Source of the DNA: Phycicoccus sp.
GTDB lineage: Bacteria > Actinomycetota > Actinomycetes > Actinomycetales > Dermatophilaceae
Assembly (NCBI GenBank): GCA_012927555.1
Contig: JABBOX010000232.1
Location: 7,886 to 71,885, forward strand
Reading direction: 5' to 3'
DNA length: 64,000 bases
Shown piece by piece: positions 61,381-64,000 of this stretch. The translations under genes were made by a program, and so were the position numbers. Below the pieces are notes generated by a model, which saw only the letters and a program-made list of their open reading frames with translations, was not told the DNA's origin and ran no database searches. Numbering within the stretch: position 1 is the first letter of the stretch; the number at the start of each line of letters is the position of its first letter.

Positions 61381-63339
61381 GTGACCCACGAAACCCTGGA
61401 AAACCTGTCCCAGGAAAATCGCAAGTTCCCGCCGAGCGCCGAGTTCACCAATGCCGCGAACGGCAAGGCCGAGCTGTATGGCGCGGCCGCCGCCGACCAC
61501 GAGGGGTTCTGGGCCGAGCAGGCGCGGTCCTACCTGACGTGGAGCAAGGACTTCGACCAGACCCTCGACTGGAGCGATGCCCCGTTCGCCAAGTGGTTCG
61601 TCGGGGGCGAGCTGAACGCGTCATACAACTGCGTCGACCGTCACGTCGAGGCGGGACGCGGCGACAAGGTCGCGATCCACTGGGTGGGCGAGCCCGGGGA
61701 CACACGGGACATCACCTACTCGGACCTGCTCTCCGAGGTCCAGCGAGCGGCAAATGCGTTACAGAACCTCGGCGTCGTCAAGGGCGACCGGGTCGCGGTC
61801 TATCTGCCGATGATCCCCGAGGCCGTCATCACGATGCTCGCCTGCGCGCGCATCGGCGCCCCGCACTCGGTCGTGTTCGGTGGTTTCTCCGCGGACGCGC
61901 TGCGCACCAGGATCAGTGACGCCCAGGCCAAGGTCGTGGTGACCGCCGATGGCGGCTATCGCCGTGGCAGCGCGGTGGCGCTCAAGCCGGCGGTCGACGA
62001 TGCCGTCAGCGGTGAGACCACGGTCGAGAAGGTCCTGGTCGTCAAGCGCACCGGCGGCGAGGTGGTCTGGGACGACAACCGCGACGTCTGGTGGCATGAG
62101 GCACTGGCGGCCGCGGACGGGACCCACCCGGTCGTGGGGCACGACTCCGAGCACCCGCTGTTCATCCTCTACACCTCGGGCACCACAGGTAAGCCCAAAG
62201 GCATCTATCACACCACCGGCGGCTACCTGACACAGAGCGCCTACACGAACTCCGTGGTGCACGACGTCCACCCCGAAACCGATGTGTTCTGGTGCACCGC
62301 CGATGTGGGCTGGGTGACCGGCCACAGCTACATCGTCTACGGGCCGCTGGCCCTCGGCGCTACCCAGGTGATGTTCGAAGGCACTCCTGACAGCCCTCAC
62401 CAGGGCCGCTGGTGGGAGGTCATCGAGAAGTACGGCGTCACCGTCTTCTACACCGCGCCCACCGCGATCCGAACCTTCATGAAGTGGGGTGAGGAGATCC
62501 CCGCCAAGTTCGACCTGTCGTCGCTGCGGCTTCTGGGCTCGGTCGGTGAGCCGATCAACCCTGAGGCGTGGATGTGGTACCGCCGGGTGATCGGCCGCGA
62601 CCAGTGCCCGATCGTGGACACCTGGTGGCAGACCGAGACCGGCGCCATCATGATCAGCCCCCTGCCCGGAGTGACCCACACCAAGCCGGGCTCGGCGACC
62701 ATTGCGGTGCCAGGCATCTCCATGGATGTCGTCGACGACCTGGGCAAGTCGGTGCCCAACGGCTCGGGCGGCTATCTCGTCCTGACCAAACCGTGGCCGG
62801 CCATGCTGAGAGGTATCTGGGGCGACCCGGAGCGCTACCAGGAGACGTACTGGTCGCGCTTCCCCGGCCTGTACTTCGCCGGTGATGGAGCCAAGAAGGA
62901 CGAAGACGGCAACATCTGGCTGCTCGGCCGGGTGGACGACGTCATGATCGTGGCGGGCCACAACCTGTCCACCACCGAGATCGAGTCCGCGCTGGTGTCC
63001 CACCCCAAGGTGGCAGAAGCCGCCGTGGTCGGCGCCAAGGACGACACGACGGGCCAGGCTGTGTGCGCGTTCGTCATCTTGCGTGGCAACGCGGATGCGG
63101 GCGAAGACATCGTGACCGAGCTGCGCAACCACGTGGCCAAGGAGATCGGCCCGATCGCCAAGCCGAGCAAGATCATGATCGTCGACGAGCTGCCCAAGAC
63201 ACGCTCCGGCAAGATCATGCGCCGTCTGCTCAAGGACGTCGCCGAGAACCGCGAGGTCGGTGACGTCACCACCTTGGCCGACTCGCACGTCATGGACCTG
63301 ATCAAGACCGGCCTCACTGCGACCGGCTCCGAGGAGTAG
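61381..63339 (+). CDS. acs: Acetyl-CoA synthetase (AMP-forming)
   Basis: 652-aa ORF with [18 protein letters not shown] and the C-terminal [13 protein letters not shown], which contains the conserved regulatory/catalytic Lys. Confidence 0.97.
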   Translation: MTHETLENLSQENRKFPPSAEFTNAANGKAELYGAAAADHEGFWAEQARSYLTWSKDFDQTLDWSDAPFAKWFVGGELNASYNCVDRHVEAGRGDKVAIHWVGEPGDTRDITYSDLLSEVQRAANALQNLGVVKGDRVAVYLPMIPEAVITMLACARIGAPHSVVFGGFSADALRTRISDAQAKVVVTADGGYRRGSAVALKPAVDDAVSGETTVEKVLVVKRTGGEVVWDDNRDVWWHEALAAADGTHPVVGHDSEHPLFILYTSGTTGKPKGIYHTTGGYLTQSAYTNSVVHDVHPETDVFWCTADVGWVTGHSYIVYGPLALGATQVMFEGTPDSPHQGRWWEVIEKYGVTVFYTAPTAIRTFMKWGEEIPAKFDLSSLRLLGSVGEPINPEAWMWYRRVIGRDQCPIVDTWWQTETGAIMISPLPGVTHTKPGSATIAVPGISMDVVDDLGKSVPNGSGGYLVLTKPWPAMLRGIWGDPERYQETYWSRFPGLYFAGDGAKKDEDGNIWLLGRVDDVMIVAGHNLSTTEIESALVSHPKVAEAAVVGAKDDTTGQAVCAFVILRGNADAGEDIVTELRNHVAKEIGPIAKPSKIMIVDELPKTRSGKIMRRLLKDVAENREVGDVTTLADSHVMDLIKTGLTATGSEE

Positions 63340-63344
63340 CGCAG

Positions 63345-63409
63345 TTTGCTCAGTTCAGGCCGGTTTCGACGGCTTTCAGAAGCCTCGGGACCGGCCTGAA
63401 CTGAGTAAA
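63345..63409. repeat. Extragenic palindromic hairpin element, copy 2
   Basis: TTTGCTCAGTTCAGGCCGG pairs with CCGGCCTGAACTGAGTAAA (19 bp, one G-T pair), starting 6 nt after the acs stop. Same arm sequence as 4192-4256. Confidence 0.8.
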
Positions 63410-63469
63410 GCCTCGGCGCGCGGCCGGCACTGGGTAGGGTCGTAGGACAGACCACCGAGCGGAGGGCCG

Positions 63470-63871
63470 ATGAACGAACAGAACGGCGCGGCCGAGCGCA
63501 CCCTCGGGCAGCTGGTCGCTGATGCGACCCATGACCTCTCATCGATCATCCGCAACGAGATCGCGTTGGCCAAGGCGGAGATCGGGGCCGACGTGAAGAA
63601 GGCCGGTGCCGGCGCGGGGTTGTTCGCGGCGGCAGCGTTGCTCGTGTTCCTTGCCCTGCTCCTGCTGCCGATCGCCGCGGCTTACGGGTTGGTGGCGGCG
63701 GGGCTTGCTCCCTGGCTCTCGTTCCTCGTCGTGTCCGGCCTCTTCCTCGTGCTCGGGGCGATCCTGGCAGTCGTCGGCAAGAACAGCGTCAGCAAGGTCA
63801 AGGGCAAGCCCGAGCGCGCCATCAAGAACGCACAGGACACCATTGCGGCCATCAGACCCAAGAACAGCTGA
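63470..63871 (+). CDS. Holin-X-like (actinobacterial holin superfamily III) membrane protein
   Basis: 133-aa ORF with the amphipathic N-terminus LVADATHDLSSIIRNEIALAKAE followed by two TM helices. Confidence 0.6.
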   Translation: MNEQNGAAERTLGQLVADATHDLSSIIRNEIALAKAEIGADVKKAGAGAGLFAAAALLVFLALLLLPIAAAYGLVAAGLAPWLSFLVVSGLFLVLGAILAVVGKNSVSKVKGKPERAIKNAQDTIAAIRPKNS

Positions 63872-64000
63872 AGAACTACAGCCACCTCACCCACCCCAAT
63901 CTGCATCGAAGCGAGATCTGCGCACATGAGGAACGACGCGTCGTCTGTGCTCATCGACGGACCCTGGGAACACAAGTTCGTCTCCGCCAACGGAGCTCGC

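Overview
High-GC actinobacterial chromosome segment; all calls rest on motifs read by eye, with no database search run. Core genes at the left are a Doc toxin, topA, a LigB-type dioxygenase, a MazG-like gene, the H+-pyrophosphatase hppA, a STAS antagonist and a DECH/DUF1998 helicase. The helicase sits beside a Tad-like secretion locus: two TadE-like genes, a DUF4244 Flp-like pilin, TadC/TadB-like genes, a CpaF-type ATPase and a CpaE-like gene. That locus is cut in two by a ~38-kb integrative island (about 11.89-49.95 kb). The island lies inside the DUF4244 pilin gene, carries a large serine recombinase next to its left junction, and is bounded by an identical 6-bp core in the same codon phase. 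Excision would therefore rebuild a 70-aa pilin ORF. Island cargo: (i) a five-gene, translationally coupled minus-strand operon of a giant helicase-DUF1998-nuclease fusion, an SNF2 helicase, a large frameshifted N6-adenine methyltransferase, McrB and McrC, which is DISARM-class-1-like with an McrBC tail; (ii) a DUF262 + HEPN pair; (iii) an excisionase-HTH/PIN toxin-antitoxin cassette flanked by ~150-bp direct repeats; (iv) an IS1380-family and an IS1634-family element, each flanked by CTAG, plus an ISL3 fragment; (v) a block of unknown genes; (vi) a two-component system with a MacB/FtsX-type ABC exporter module. Right of the island are the rest of the Tad locus, a degenerate Fic-fold gene and an acetate cluster (LytS/LytTR, DUF485-like, ActP-like, SatP-like, GNAT, Acs). 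No rRNA gene, intact tRNA gene or CRISPR array was seen. Most other long ORFs in the six-frame track are antisense artefacts of the high GC content.
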